DNA of 50,072 nt, from IMG/VR virus record IMGVR_UViG_3300030099_000111, positions 1 to 50,072 of that record; one strand, 5' to 3'. Below the pieces are notes generated by a model, which worked only from the letters and a program-made list of their open reading frames with translations, had not been told where the DNA came from and searched no databases. Below, piece after piece: positions 22,846-33,600 of the stretch (position 1 is its first letter; every line of letters begins with the position of its first letter). This DNA is from a virus (lineage: Duplodnaviria > Caudoviricetes). The position numbers and the translations under genes are program-made.

Positions 22846-24884
22846 GAAGAGTAGTAGATGTAGAGAACTCAATAACTCTACGAGATGGTAAGATATTTAA
22901 TGATCCTTACGAGCCAAGCAACACACTTACTGAGGTGGGTGTGCTGTGCTTAGACACAGGAGAAAAAAAACTATTACCGTTTGACCACAAAGAAGCCACA
23001 GATCAACATAAGAAAAACGATTGTGTTTTACAGAGAATGCTAGACAACACAACGCTACTGATAGGACATAACCTACAGTATGATCTAGCCTGGCTTTGGG
23101 CTAACGGTTTTAAATATGATGGTGACATATATGACACAATGCTTGCAGAATATTTACTTTTACGTGGACAAAAGCAACCACTAAGTTTAGAGCAGTGCGC
23201 TATCAGACGTAACTTACAATATCAAAAAGACGATACGCTCAAGGCGTACTATAAGAAAGGATACAACACAAATGAAATACCACTTGACGAACTCAGCCAT
23301 TATCTTGAGTATGACTTGCTTACTACTGGGGAGTTGTACAAAGCTACCGAAGCTGACTTTTCAACCCCAGCCTCCGCTTCCATTCGAGCAGTCAAAGACG
23401 TTACCTTTAGAACCTGCAAAGTCCTCACAAGAATGTCAATGGCAGGAATCAGGGTGGATAGACATGCCCTCGAACACGTCCGTGATAGATTCGAGCGAGA
23501 GCGAAAAGAAATACTTGATAGACTGCAAGCCACCACACGAGAGTTGATGGGTGGCACACCTATTAATCTTAACTCACCAGAGCAGATGTCGTGGGTTATA
23601 TTTAGCCGTAAGCCTAACGATAAGAAAGAATGGGTAGGCATCTTTGAATATGTAGATGACAAAGGTTTTAAGGATGCAGTAAAAAAGAATAGCAAGATGA
23701 TCTTTAAAACAAAAGCAAGCACTTGCCCTACTTGTAATGGTGGTGGTAAAGTACACAAAACAAGAAAGGATGGCACACTACATAAGATACCAAACAAATG
23801 CAAAGCCTGTGACGCTAGGGGCTTCCTACTCACAGCAACAAACGAAATGGCAGGGCTTGGGTTCTTTCCACCAAGTAAGAAGTGGGTCAGTGCCAATGGC
23901 TTCGGTGTAGGTAAAACAAACCTAGATGCACTGATAGCCACAGCTAAAAACAACAACATGGAGAAAGCAAATGAGTTCCTTCAAGACCTTAAAAGGCTTA
24001 GTGCTATTAGCAGTTATCTTAGTAGTTTTGTGGATGGTATTATCACCAACTGTAAAACAAATGACAAACTACACATCAACCTTACCCAGCATATCACCAG
24101 TACAGGTAGATTCTCTGGAAGAAACCCCAACATGCAAAACATGCCAAGAGGAGGAACCTTCCCAATAAAACGTGTGTTTATCTCAAGATGGAAGGGTGGC
24201 AAAATTATTGAGTCAGACTTTGCTCAACTTGAGTTCAGAACGGCTGCGTTCTTAGCACAGGACAAGACAGCAATGCACGAGATAGATACAGGATTTGATG
24301 TACACTCCTACACTGCAAAGGTTATCAGTGACGCAGGACAACCTACAACTAGGCAGGAAGCAAAGGCACACACCTTCGCCCCTCTCTTTGGCGCTACTGG
24401 ATATGGTAGATCAAAAGCAGAGGCTGCGTATTACAAAGAGTTTGTTGAGAAGTACAAAGGCATAGCTAGTTGGCATACCAGATTAGGCAATGAGGCTGTT
24501 AACGAGGGTAAGATAACCAACGTCAGTGGCAGACAGTACGCATTCCCTGATGTCATACGTAGAGAGAACGGCACTGTGTCGCACTTTACTATGATCAAGA
24601 ACTACCCTGTGCAAGGTTTCGCTACAGGAGATGTCGTACCAGTTGTATTGATAGAACTTGACCGTTTGTTACAGCCTATGCACTCATGTTTAGTCAACAG
24701 TGTCCACGATAGTATGGTAATTGACACACACCCTAATGAAATAGATGATGTGCTAGGTATAATTAGTTTGATTAACACTAATCTAAATGATATGATTCAA
24801 AAAGAATACAATATAAAAGTTAACGTACCTTTGTTATTAGAATCAAAAATAGGAGACAACTGGCTTGACACAAAGGACGTTTAA
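22842..24884 (+). CDS. polA: Family A DNA polymerase with DnaJ-type Zn-finger insertion
   Basis: Exo DVE/GHNLQYD, TGRFS..PNMQN, motif A DFAQLE, motif B RQEAKAHTF, NYPVQG, motif C VHDS; CPTCNGGG...CKACDARG. Confidence 0.96.
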   Translation: MRRVVDVENSITLRDGKIFNDPYEPSNTLTEVGVLCLDTGEKKLLPFDHKEATDQHKKNDCVLQRMLDNTTLLIGHNLQYDLAWLWANGFKYDGDIYDTMLAEYLLLRGQKQPLSLEQCAIRRNLQYQKDDTLKAYYKKGYNTNEIPLDELSHYLEYDLLTTGELYKATEADFSTPASASIRAVKDVTFRTCKVLTRMSMAGIRVDRHALEHVRDRFERERKEILDRLQATTRELMGGTPINLNSPEQMSWVIFSRKPNDKKEWVGIFEYVDDKGFKDAVKKNSKMIFKTKASTCPTCNGGGKVHKTRKDGTLHKIPNKCKACDARGFLLTATNEMAGLGFFPPSKKWVSANGFGVGKTNLDALIATAKNNNMEKANEFLQDLKRLSAISSYLSSFVDGIITNCKTNDKLHINLTQHITSTGRFSGRNPNMQNMPRGGTFPIKRVFISRWKGGKIIESDFAQLEFRTAAFLAQDKTAMHEIDTGFDVHSYTAKVISDAGQPTTRQEAKAHTFAPLFGATGYGRSKAEAAYYKEFVEKYKGIASWHTRLGNEAVNEGKITNVSGRQYAFPDVIRRENGTVSHFTMIKNYPVQGFATGDVVPVVLIELDRLLQPMHSCLVNSVHDSMVIDTHPNEIDDVLGIISLINTNLNDMIQKEYNIKVNVPLLLESKIGDNWLDTKDV

Positions 24885-24893
24885 TGATATAAC
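24865..24893 (+). promoter_or_regulatory. Putative promoter TTGACA-N17-TATAAC with extended TG
   Basis: ttgacacaaaggacgtttaatgatataact overlapping the end of the polymerase gene. Confidence 0.7.
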
Positions 24894-24916
24894 TCTAACT
24901 CTGAAACTTTTTACAT

Positions 24917-25771
24917 ATGAAAGGTAAAATTATGGAAAATGCAGTCGCACTTAAAGTAGACAACATGAACTTGTCTGATGCTATGGGTTTCTCAAGCCCA
25001 GCAACACAGTCGCAGTCTAGTCTACGTAGGATTACAGGTACAGTTATACAAGAAGTTATTGATGGTAAGGTAGCCTCTTCACCTGTGTTCAAGATTACAT
25101 CTGAAGATGATGTAGTATATGCCAGAGAAGTAGAGGTTAGACTATTTGCAGAGCGTCAGAAGTGGCAGCGTTGGGATAGTGAGAACAAGACTATGCAGAA
25201 GTCTGTCATGTCTAACTCACTCAACGTTGATTTGAAAGATACACTTGGTACGTTCAATCTTGGTAGACCGTCAGGTTACATCAAGGACTTCCAAGCTCTG
25301 CCCAAAGATCAACAGGACTTGATACGCAGTGTTAGCCGTGTCAAAGTTATGATGGGTAAAGCTAAACTAGTTGGCGCTTTCTACGAAGGTGGTGATCCTG
25401 CTACAGGTTATGATGATGAGTTTGACTTTGTGATGGACGTTAAGAACAGAGACAGTCTCAAGTTTATTGATGGCGTAGTAAGCAAACTAATGAAGAAGAA
25501 GATCTCACCTGCAGAGCACACCATAGCTCTACTTGGTGAAACACGTAGCTTGCCTAACGGCAACCCTTACATGGTAACTAACGCCTCACTCAGTGAGTTC
25601 GTTGGCTTGGCCGACGGTGATAATGAAACACTGCAGAACTTTTTAGACTACATAGATTCTAGTAACGAGTACGTTATTGGTAAGTGGTCAGAGAATAATG
25701 TAGAAACTCTATCTCCATCTGACCAGGATATAGTTGCCAACATAGTCGATGTGGAGGACTTTGACCAGTGA
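24917..25771 (+). CDS. Probable single-stranded DNA-binding protein
   Basis: Position between polymerase and exonuclease, acidic C-terminus VEDFDQ; start may be the ATG at 24932. Confidence 0.55.
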   Translation: MKGKIMENAVALKVDNMNLSDAMGFSSPATQSQSSLRRITGTVIQEVIDGKVASSPVFKITSEDDVVYAREVEVRLFAERQKWQRWDSENKTMQKSVMSNSLNVDLKDTLGTFNLGRPSGYIKDFQALPKDQQDLIRSVSRVKVMMGKAKLVGAFYEGGDPATGYDDEFDFVMDVKNRDSLKFIDGVVSKLMKKKISPAEHTIALLGETRSLPNGNPYMVTNASLSEFVGLADGDNETLQNFLDYIDSSNEYVIGKWSENNVETLSPSDQDIVANIVDVEDFDQ

Positions 25772-26631
25772 ACCACCCTGCTGAACTAGCTTTGCATCAG
25801 TATCTTAGGAGTGCTATCGAAGGTAAATCTGAGATGTCTCAGGATATCATTGATAAAATCAAAGAAGATATTGGTGCTGCTCTTGACAAGCAGTTTAACG
25901 CTGCTGATGAAAAGAAAGAGTTTAAACTTAGGATGTCCAATGTTGGGCGTCCGAAGTGTCAGCTATGGTTCGAGAAGAATGATCCCGATCATCAGGAGCC
26001 TCTGCCTACTTCATTCAAAGTCAATATGATATTTGGTGATATGGTAGAGGCTCTACTAAAAGGTTTGCTCAGAGCATCTGGAGTGCAGTTTGGTGATAAC
26101 GAAAAGGTGTCAATGCAACTTAACGAAAAAGATGAACTGTCAGGTGAATATGACATGCTACTGGATGGCAAGATAGACGATGTTAAGTCAGCTAGTACTT
26201 GGTCATACGATAATAAGTTTGTTGACTTCTATACATTGAACAGCAGTGACTCCTTTGGTTATGTGCCACAGCTTGTAGGTTACGCCACAGCAGCTAACAA
26301 AAAAGTTGGTGGCTGGTGGGTTGTAAATAAAAACAACGGTAGCTTCAAGTATGTGTCAGCAGCAGACGTAGACAAGGACATGGTTATCCAAAAGATAAAA
26401 GATGTACACACCTACCTTGAAAGCAATGCACCATTTGAGAGATGCTTTACAGACGAGCCAGAGATATACAGAGGTAAAGCTAGTGGTAACTACAAGCTAC
26501 CCAAGTCCTGCACTTTCTGTAACCACAAGATAAAATGCTGGCCTAATCTAAAGAGTTTACCATCAAAGGTATACAGTGGTAAGAAAGAACCACCAACCAT
26601 ACATTACACAAAACTAAGAGGTGAATATTAA
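25768..26631 (+). CDS. PD-(D/E)XK Cas4-like exonuclease
   Basis: LRMSNVGRPKC, GEYD..DDVKS, GYVPQLVGY, CTFC...CW. Confidence 0.85.
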   Translation: MNHPAELALHQYLRSAIEGKSEMSQDIIDKIKEDIGAALDKQFNAADEKKEFKLRMSNVGRPKCQLWFEKNDPDHQEPLPTSFKVNMIFGDMVEALLKGLLRASGVQFGDNEKVSMQLNEKDELSGEYDMLLDGKIDDVKSASTWSYDNKFVDFYTLNSSDSFGYVPQLVGYATAANKKVGGWWVVNKNNGSFKYVSAADVDKDMVIQKIKDVHTYLESNAPFERCFTDEPEIYRGKASGNYKLPKSCTFCNHKIKCWPNLKSLPSKVYSGKKEPPTIHYTKLRGEY

Positions 26632-26924
26632 TGACTACAATAACAATCAATGACAAAGACTATGCAACAGACGATATGTCTGATAAAGAAAAAGAGATAG
26701 TGCAACTGTTGCAGCAGAACCTAGTATCTGTAAATATGCTAGAGCACTGGCTACAATGCGTTAAGTTTGTAGGGGAGATGAAGACACGAGAACTAGAGAA
26801 GTCTTTAAATGTAGAGACAGAAATGGTTCGTGCTCGTAACGAAAAAGGACACTTTATAGCAGATGACCCAAACACCCCAGAAAACGAAGCGTGGGTTGAG
26901 AAGCCCAAAGAAGAGAAGGAGTAG
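26631..26924 (+). CDS. Hypothetical protein with C-terminal RAR..KG.F.ADDP.TP.NEAW module
   Basis: TITINDKDY N-terminus; motif seen in the translation. Confidence 0.75.
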   Translation: MTTITINDKDYATDDMSDKEKEIVQLLQQNLVSVNMLEHWLQCVKFVGEMKTRELEKSLNVETEMVRARNEKGHFIADDPNTPENEAWVEKPKEEKE

Positions 26925-27345
26925 CTCTAGAAGGTATCGCAGTGGTTTAGAAAGTGATATTGCTGATTACCTAAAAGATAAACAGAACCAAGTCAGGTAT
27001 GAACGTTTAAAAATAGAGTGGGAAGACTTACGCTATAGAACGTACACGCCTGACTTTATTTTAGACAACGGTATCATAATAGAAACCAAGGGCATCTTTG
27101 ATACTGAGGACAGACGTAAACATCTAGCCATACGAGAGCAACATCCAGAGCTAGACATACGTTTTGTTTTTAGTAACAGCAAAGCAAAGTTGTACAAAGG
27201 CGCAAAGTCTAGATACTGTGAATGGTGTGATAAACACGAGTTCAAATGGGAACATCGTATTATACCTGAAGCATGGCTAAAAGAAAAAGGCAAACCTATT
27301 AAAGTTAAACTTATACCTTTTAAGGGGGAGAAGAAAACAACATGA
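26863..27345 (+). CDS. Endonuclease I (T7 gp3-like Holliday junction resolvase)
   Basis: YRSGLE, YTPDFIL, IETKG, DRRKH, HPELDIRFVF; true start uncertain. Confidence 0.92.
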   Translation: MTQTPQKTKRGLRSPKKRRSSSRRYRSGLESDIADYLKDKQNQVRYERLKIEWEDLRYRTYTPDFILDNGIIIETKGIFDTEDRRKHLAIREQHPELDIRFVFSNSKAKLYKGAKSRYCEWCDKHEFKWEHRIIPEAWLKEKGKPIKVKLIPFKGEKKTT

Positions 27346-27692
27346 CAAAATATGTAATAGGAAAGGATGAAGTAGCTTTAGTTTTGAAGCCTTGTTCTTT
27401 TGATGGTAAAGGTAATTGGACAGGAGAGTTAAACACTGGTTTAGTTGTAGGTGAACTTAGCTTATTAAATCCAGAAGACACTTCATATTTAGTTCATCTA
27501 GCTACTATGATGGGTGCATTTTTAGAGCTTGCACAATATGATCAAGATCTATATAATTTAGTAGAAGAAAGAAGAAACGAACTAGTAGGTTATGAACAAG
27601 AAGAAGATACTCCATTGTACGAAAAGGTAGAAGGCACAGAGGGTAAAGTTCTAAAGCTTACTAGATTTACAAAAACACAAGGAAGCGCATAA
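27342..27692 (+). CDS. Hypothetical protein
   Basis: 116 aa, coupled overlap; ends FTKTQGSA. Confidence 0.75.
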   Translation: MTKYVIGKDEVALVLKPCSFDGKGNWTGELNTGLVVGELSLLNPEDTSYLVHLATMMGAFLELAQYDQDLYNLVEERRNELVGYEQEEDTPLYEKVEGTEGKVLKLTRFTKTQGSA

Positions 27693-27991
27693 TGGATACT
27701 ATGATAGATACACTCACTATGAACGGACAAACATTGTTTGATGATTCAGATATAATTAGTTTTGATCCAGTAGATAAACCTGCACACTATAATTTAAATG
27801 ATGGGGTTGAGTGTATAGACTATATTAAACAAGTTTTAGGAAAAGAAGGTTTTGTTGCATACTGTAGAGGTAACGTTATGAAGTACAACCACAGAGCTAT
27901 GTACAAAAATGCTACACCTGTAGAGGATCTAAAGAAAGCACAACAATATCTGACTTGGGCTAATGAAACATTAAGGGAAATACACAAGTGA
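27692..27991 (+). CDS. DUF3310 / T7 gp1.7-like nucleotide kinase domain protein
   Basis: DPVDKPAHY, ECIDYI, GNVMKY..R..YKN, EDLKKA..YL. Confidence 0.88.
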   Translation: MDTMIDTLTMNGQTLFDDSDIISFDPVDKPAHYNLNDGVECIDYIKQVLGKEGFVAYCRGNVMKYNHRAMYKNATPVEDLKKAQQYLTWANETLREIHK

Positions 27992-28164
27992 TAGGAAAGA
28001 AAAAGTTTAGCGTTACATTTTTACTAGAAGTAGAAGAGCCAAGTAACGTGCTATCAACTGTAGAGGATGCACACGTGGAAGATGTACACGATCTGATACA
28101 TAATACGTTTCACGATATAGACGATGTGAATATAGAAAATTTAAATATAAGGGAGAGATTATGA
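27988..28164 (+). CDS. 58-aa acidic protein (not in ORF track)
   Basis: GTG start, KKFSVTFLLEVEE...; GTGA/ATGA overlaps. Confidence 0.65.
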   Translation: MIGKKKFSVTFLLEVEEPSNVLSTVEDAHVEDVHDLIHNTFHDIDDVNIENLNIRERL

Positions 28165-30110
28165 TCAACGCTAGTGACATCGAAGCATTTGAATATTACA
28201 ATGAACTGGAGTTAGGTAACGTGCTGCCTACAGATTATCAAACGTTTATACATAAATCTAGGTATTCTAAGTGGCTACCAGAAGAACTAAGACGTGAGAG
28301 TTGGGCAGAGACAGTTGATCGTTACATGAAGAACATTGTCGGTGATATGCTAGACAAGAAAGATTATGCTGAGATAAGACAAGCCATACTTAATCTAGAA
28401 GTTATGCCATCTATGAGAGCAATGATGACTGCAGGTGCAGCAGCAGATAGAGACAACACATGTATCTACAACTGTAGTTATTTACCTGTAGATGATCCTA
28501 AATCTTTTGATGAAGCTATGTTTATCTTACTGTGTGGCACAGGCGTTGGCTTCAGTGTTGAGAGACAGTACATAAACAAGTTAGCTGAAGTGCCTGAGTT
28601 GTACGATAGCGAGACTACTATTGTAGTGCAAGATAGCAAAGAGGGTTGGGCTAAGTCTTTCAGGCAGCTACTAGCTTTACTGTGGGCTGGTGAGATACCT
28701 AAGTGGAACATGTCTAAGATTAGACCTGCAGGGGCTAGACTAAAAACGTTTGGTGGTAGGGCATCAGGCCCAGCGCCATTGGTTGACCTGTTTAACTTTA
28801 CTGTGCAGACATTTAAGAACGCACAAGGACGTAAACTAAACGCACTAGAGTGCCACGACATCATGTGTTTTGTAGGTCAGATAGTAGTTTCTGGTGGCGT
28901 TAGACGCAGTGCTATGATATCATTGTCGAACCTGAGTGATGATCGTATGCGTCATGCTAAGTCAGGACAGTGGTGGGAAAACGCAGGGCATCGTGCTCTA
29001 GCAAATAACTCTGTATCTTACACAGAGAAGCCCGACATGGAGTCCTTCTTGCGTGAGTGGTCATCACTCGTTGAAAGTAAATCTGGTGAAAGGGGAATAT
29101 TTAACCGTGAAGCATCTAAGAAACAAGCTGCAAAGTATGACAGGCGTGATCCAGAACATGAGTTTGGAACTAATCCCTGTAGTGAAATCATACTCAGGCC
29201 GTATCAGTTCTGCAATCTTACGGAAGTTGTTGTCAGGGCTGGAGATGATGTGGATTCTATTGCGAGAAAAGTCAGGCTTGCAACGATTCTTGGAACAGTT
29301 CAGTCCACATATACTAAGTTCCCATATCTGCGAAAGGTGTGGCAGCGAAATACCGAAGAAGAACGACTGTTGGGTGTGTCACTCACAGGGATAATGGACA
29401 ATCCTTTGATGACAACAAAGAACAAAGGTCTTGATAAAACATTGGAGTTTTTAAGAAATGTATCTGTATCTACTAATATTGAATATGCTGGTCTTTTTAA
29501 CATACCCTGCTCTGTTTCGATTAGCTGCAACAAGCCATCGGGAACCGTATCTCAGTTGGTTGACAGTGCCAGTGGCATACATTCTCGTCATAGTGCATAC
29601 TATATCCGTACTGTTCGCGCTGACGTAAACGATCCACTTACACAGTTTATGAAAGATCAAGGCATACCAAACGAGCCATGCGTTATGAAACCTGACACCA
29701 CTGTAGTGTTTAGTTTTCCTATAAAGTCTCCTAACAAAGCTGTTACTCGAAATGATCTAACAGCTATTGAACAACTGGAGACATGGCTAATGTATCAAAG
29801 ACATTGGTGTGAGCACAAACCTAGTATTACCTGCACTGTCCGTGACGATGAGTGGCTAGATGTAGGTGCGTTTGTGTACAAACACTTTGACGAAATGAGT
29901 GGTATATCCTTCCTACCCCACTCAGATCACACATACCAACAAGCACCCTATCAAGAGTGTAGCAAAGAAGAGTACAACAAACTCCTCAAAGCTATGCCTC
30001 GTAACATAGAGTGGTCAGCCTTGTGTGATTATGAAAAGGAAGATAACACTGCAGCTATGCAAACACTCGCCTGTAGTGGCGATACGTGTGAGCTAGTTGA
30101 CTTAACATAA
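28161..30110 (+). CDS. nrdJ: Class II (adenosylcobalamin-dependent) ribonucleotide reductase
   Basis: NCSY, GGVRRSA, TNPCSEI, KPSGT, C-terminal CSGDTC; no nrdB nearby. Confidence 0.93.
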   Translation: MINASDIEAFEYYNELELGNVLPTDYQTFIHKSRYSKWLPEELRRESWAETVDRYMKNIVGDMLDKKDYAEIRQAILNLEVMPSMRAMMTAGAAADRDNTCIYNCSYLPVDDPKSFDEAMFILLCGTGVGFSVERQYINKLAEVPELYDSETTIVVQDSKEGWAKSFRQLLALLWAGEIPKWNMSKIRPAGARLKTFGGRASGPAPLVDLFNFTVQTFKNAQGRKLNALECHDIMCFVGQIVVSGGVRRSAMISLSNLSDDRMRHAKSGQWWENAGHRALANNSVSYTEKPDMESFLREWSSLVESKSGERGIFNREASKKQAAKYDRRDPEHEFGTNPCSEIILRPYQFCNLTEVVVRAGDDVDSIARKVRLATILGTVQSTYTKFPYLRKVWQRNTEEERLLGVSLTGIMDNPLMTTKNKGLDKTLEFLRNVSVSTNIEYAGLFNIPCSVSISCNKPSGTVSQLVDSASGIHSRHSAYYIRTVRADVNDPLTQFMKDQGIPNEPCVMKPDTTVVFSFPIKSPNKAVTRNDLTAIEQLETWLMYQRHWCEHKPSITCTVRDDEWLDVGAFVYKHFDEMSGISFLPHSDHTYQQAPYQECSKEEYNKLLKAMPRNIEWSALCDYEKEDNTAAMQTLACSGDTCELVDLT

Positions 30111-30121
30111 AGGAAAATAAA

Positions 30122-30247
30122 ATGCATTCATTAGGAATATTAATAGCTTTTATCGTAGCTATGGAAGCGTATCAAAAACACGGTATGTCATTTCTTGGCA
30201 ATGGAGAAGATACAACCCCTACTGAAATAATAGAGAGCACAGAATAG
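30122..30247 (+). CDS. 41-aa peptide (not in ORF track)
   Basis: MHSLGILIAFIVAMEAYQ...; AAGGA RBS. Confidence 0.5.
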   Translation: MHSLGILIAFIVAMEAYQKHGMSFLGNGEDTTPTEIIESTE

Positions 30248-30438
30248 TGTATGTACTAGTGATCATAATGTCTATCGCTCCAGGATTTGTTAGAGTCCAA
30301 GCAATTGATCACGTCTATCCCACTATAGAGATGTGTAGAAATGGTGCAGCTTATATAAGAAGTGAACTTATGAGTCAAAAGCCTACACCTGAAGCTACCG
30401 TATCTGCTTATTGTACTGAGATACCAACAAAAGTATAA
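30247..30438 (+). CDS. Small protein with hydrophobic N-terminus and two Cys
   Basis: MYVLVIIM...YPTIEMC...AYC. Confidence 0.65.
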   Translation: MYVLVIIMSIAPGFVRVQAIDHVYPTIEMCRNGAAYIRSELMSQKPTPEATVSAYCTEIPTKV

Positions 30439-30641
30439 TGAATCTAGAACGTGAAGCAAAGATACACATGGAAAAAAAGTTAAAGCTTTTTTATGAGGAG
30501 TTAGAAATAAAGTTAAAGCCTGTAAGAAAGCATATAGAACAAAACCTAAGTGAAGGTTTATACAAAGCTAGGGCTTTACAAGACATAGATGACATACTTA
30601 TGATAGCTAAACATGCTTCAGAAAAGTATGGTCTAAAATAA
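30438..30641 (+). CDS. Hypothetical protein, last gene of the early arm
   Basis: 67 aa, TAATG coupling. Confidence 0.7.
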   Translation: MNLEREAKIHMEKKLKLFYEELEIKLKPVRKHIEQNLSEGLYKARALQDIDDILMIAKHASEKYGLK

Positions 30642-30642
30642 A

Positions 30643-30677
30643 AGAGTAGCCGTTGACTTAGCGTTGGCGGCTATTCT
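30643..30677. terminator. Hairpin terminator between the convergent arms
   Basis: agagtagccgttgac / gttggcggctattct; A-tract on the left gives a U tail for the minus strand. Confidence 0.8.
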
Positions 30678-33600
30678 ACATTCCAGTTTTTATTTTTAGA
30701 TTAAGATGATCTATGTAAGACTCGTAAGTTTTTAACTCTCTAAAATTAAAGTCTTTTAGTTCTGCATCTACACCTAAACTTTCCATGTAACGCATGGCTT
30801 TTTTCTGTTGTGCTTTAGTTCCTTTGGTGGATGCTCTATATCTCTGCTGATCTAAATAAGCTGAACTGCCAGGAATATCAAAGTAGTCTCGCAACTGATC
30901 TCTAGCTTTTTTAAGTTCATACTTTACCCTACCTCTTTTGTATTCCAAATCACCATCTTGAAATCTTTTACTAGACAACAACACCTGCATGCGTTTTTCT
31001 AACATGGGTGCAAGCCCTGCATTAAACAACCTATCATAGGTAGGTATGTTAGATCTTTGATCCTGCTTCCATGACTGTAGATTTGCTAGAGTGTATGCTT
31101 GTTCTGTAGCTGTCTTACCTCTCTTAATGTTTAGACCCAGTATACGAGCTAGTGGGTTAGCATCATATATGTCACCCTCTCTGCTACTAACACGTAAGTT
31201 TTCACCTGTAAGAGTTTCTGATTCTCCTATCAAAGCCTCTAATATATTATCAAAGTATTTAGTAGATGATTGTGTAAACACTGGTAAAAAACCGTCAGCC
31301 TGTCTAACATCTTTTGCTACATCATTGTCTGCTAGGAAACCTATAGATCTGTTGAGAGCGTCAAGAGGACGTGTTGCACCAGCAGCCACGTTACCTAATG
31401 ACTTATACAATGCATCCAGATCTGCCCCTCTTCCCCCACTAGAAAAGAAATCTATTGCGTTAAACACGTCATTACCAAACTGTAAGTCTCTTGCAACTTG
31501 TCCAATGGCTAACTGATTACCTAGTTCTTCTATTAGTTCAGGAGGAACAGTCTCTCCTTTTGCAGTAAGATTACCAACTCTTCCAGCAACTAAGAACAGT
31601 GAGAATGGAAATACGTTTCTGACATCCATCACAGTTCCACTCATTTCTATTTCGTTTACCCCTAAACCTTTTTTCTGTCTCTCATCATCCAACTGCATAG
31701 CTAAAACCAAAGCAGATGTACCCACTAGAGATCTAGCAAAAGCTTCATTTGTTTTTATGCCAGGTTCTTTTTTAATAATACGTGAAGCAACTCCAGCAAA
31801 GCTTAGTGGACTCCACTGATATGCTGTTGCTACAACGTTGTTCATAAATCTACCAAAGGGTATAACAGTACCCAACACAGGTGTGTTAGAGGCTTGCTCT
31901 ACAGCCCTAGCTACAGCACCTAAATACTGATCATCTGTTGTATAATCTTTTGAAAACACAGATCGTAGTGTGGTATCTACTGCACCACCTATCACATCAT
32001 CGTCTAACATTTCAAGATCACCAGACTTTAACACATCAATTAAATTTTTGTTATGCTTTAGTCTGACATACTTATCTAGCTCAGTCATAAACATTTGAGA
32101 TTTAGTAAACGTATCTTGTATACGAACACCAGTTATTGTCATAGAAGCGTCAGCAAATATCTCTGCGTTTTTAATGACAGGATTGTTCACATCAACGTTA
32201 TATCTTTTAGCAGTTCTCTCTACCCCACCGCCAATAGTCTCAAACAACAGTCCTTTAAACTCTTTGTTATCACCTATGTCATCCATTAGACTTATAAAAG
32301 TTTCATAGGTAGCTAGAGGGTCAAGAAAGTTTTTCATCTTTTGAGTTTGTATATCTCTATATACACGAGACTTTCTGAATAGCTCTTGGCTTAGTTCTTT
32401 GTTACCCACACTAGCTGCACCTATTCCAGCTATATACAACTGACCTGATGCAAATATATCAGCTACACCTTGTCCACCATAGAACTGTGCAAAGCCAGCT
32501 ACGTTAGCTGCAGTCGTAGCAGGTGATGACACAAGTAATCTTTTCCATACGTTTTGTGCGTAACCTAATCCTTTAGCTCTTTTAGTTACATTAAGTAAAC
32601 CTTCTTGTTCTAAAGTATCTCTTACTGCTTTTTGCTCAAGTGCTGTTGCTAGTATCTCATTTCCTGACACAACACCTGCGTCTGTGGCTCTTCTGACAGC
32701 CGCCATCACGCTAAGAGTGCTACCTGCTCCACTTGTGGTGGCTGCTATTATGTCACCTAAATCTACTGCAAGAGTAGCAGTGGTTCCCAAGTCTATACTT
32801 GTCTCTTTTTTAAATAGCTTTGATATTTCTTTTAGTTCTTCCTCTGGCATGTACTGAAGCAAGTTTGTCATAACATCAGAGACTTTTGTTTTCTTTGAAA
32901 ACTTAATATTATTCTCATTAAATATCTTTGCTAAACCACCAATCGGCATTGGACCTTTTGATGCTGCTTTGTCTGCAGTTGTGTAGCCTAACATTATCTG
33001 ACTAAGCAAACTCTCAGGCATTATTTGATTGCCCTCACCTTTGGCTAACTCTTCTTTACCTGATCTTACCTTCTCTCCCCACGACTTAATAGCATCTTTC
33101 ATTTCACTAGCTGCTTTGTCTATGGATTCTTTAGCTAATAATGGCTTACCTATTGCCTCACTTTGAAGTTTACTAACTAGCCGTTGTTGTTTTTTTATTG
33201 TAGCCTTGTCTGCACCGCTTTGTTTTAACTTTTTTAGCTCTTCTTTTGCAGCTTTAAATTTTTTAAGAGGGAACTCTTCACCTCTTGTTCCTGCTCTAGC
33301 CATGTCTGCTGCTTCTGCAAATCCAGACAAACCATCTGCTTTACCAAATGTGTAGTGTAACCCACCAGCAACACCACCCAAAGCTAGAGATAAACCAGTT
33401 TGTAGTGCGCTGTACTTTTCTTGAGCACCTACATCTAAATACAGATCCTGTATAGCTACATCTTGATAGCCAGCAAGGAGTGAATCGATTGCTGTAGTTT
33501 GTAGCACTGCTTTCTTACCAGCTTGTTGCATACCAAACTTTATGGTGCGTGGCTTTAGTCTACCCTTTGTAAGAGTTACCTCACCACCCTCAACAGTTGC

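Noticed and set aside
25768-26631. Cas4 as evidence of a CRISPR-Cas system
   Set aside because: Stand-alone Cas4-like exonucleases are ordinary in phage replication modules; no array or other cas genes.
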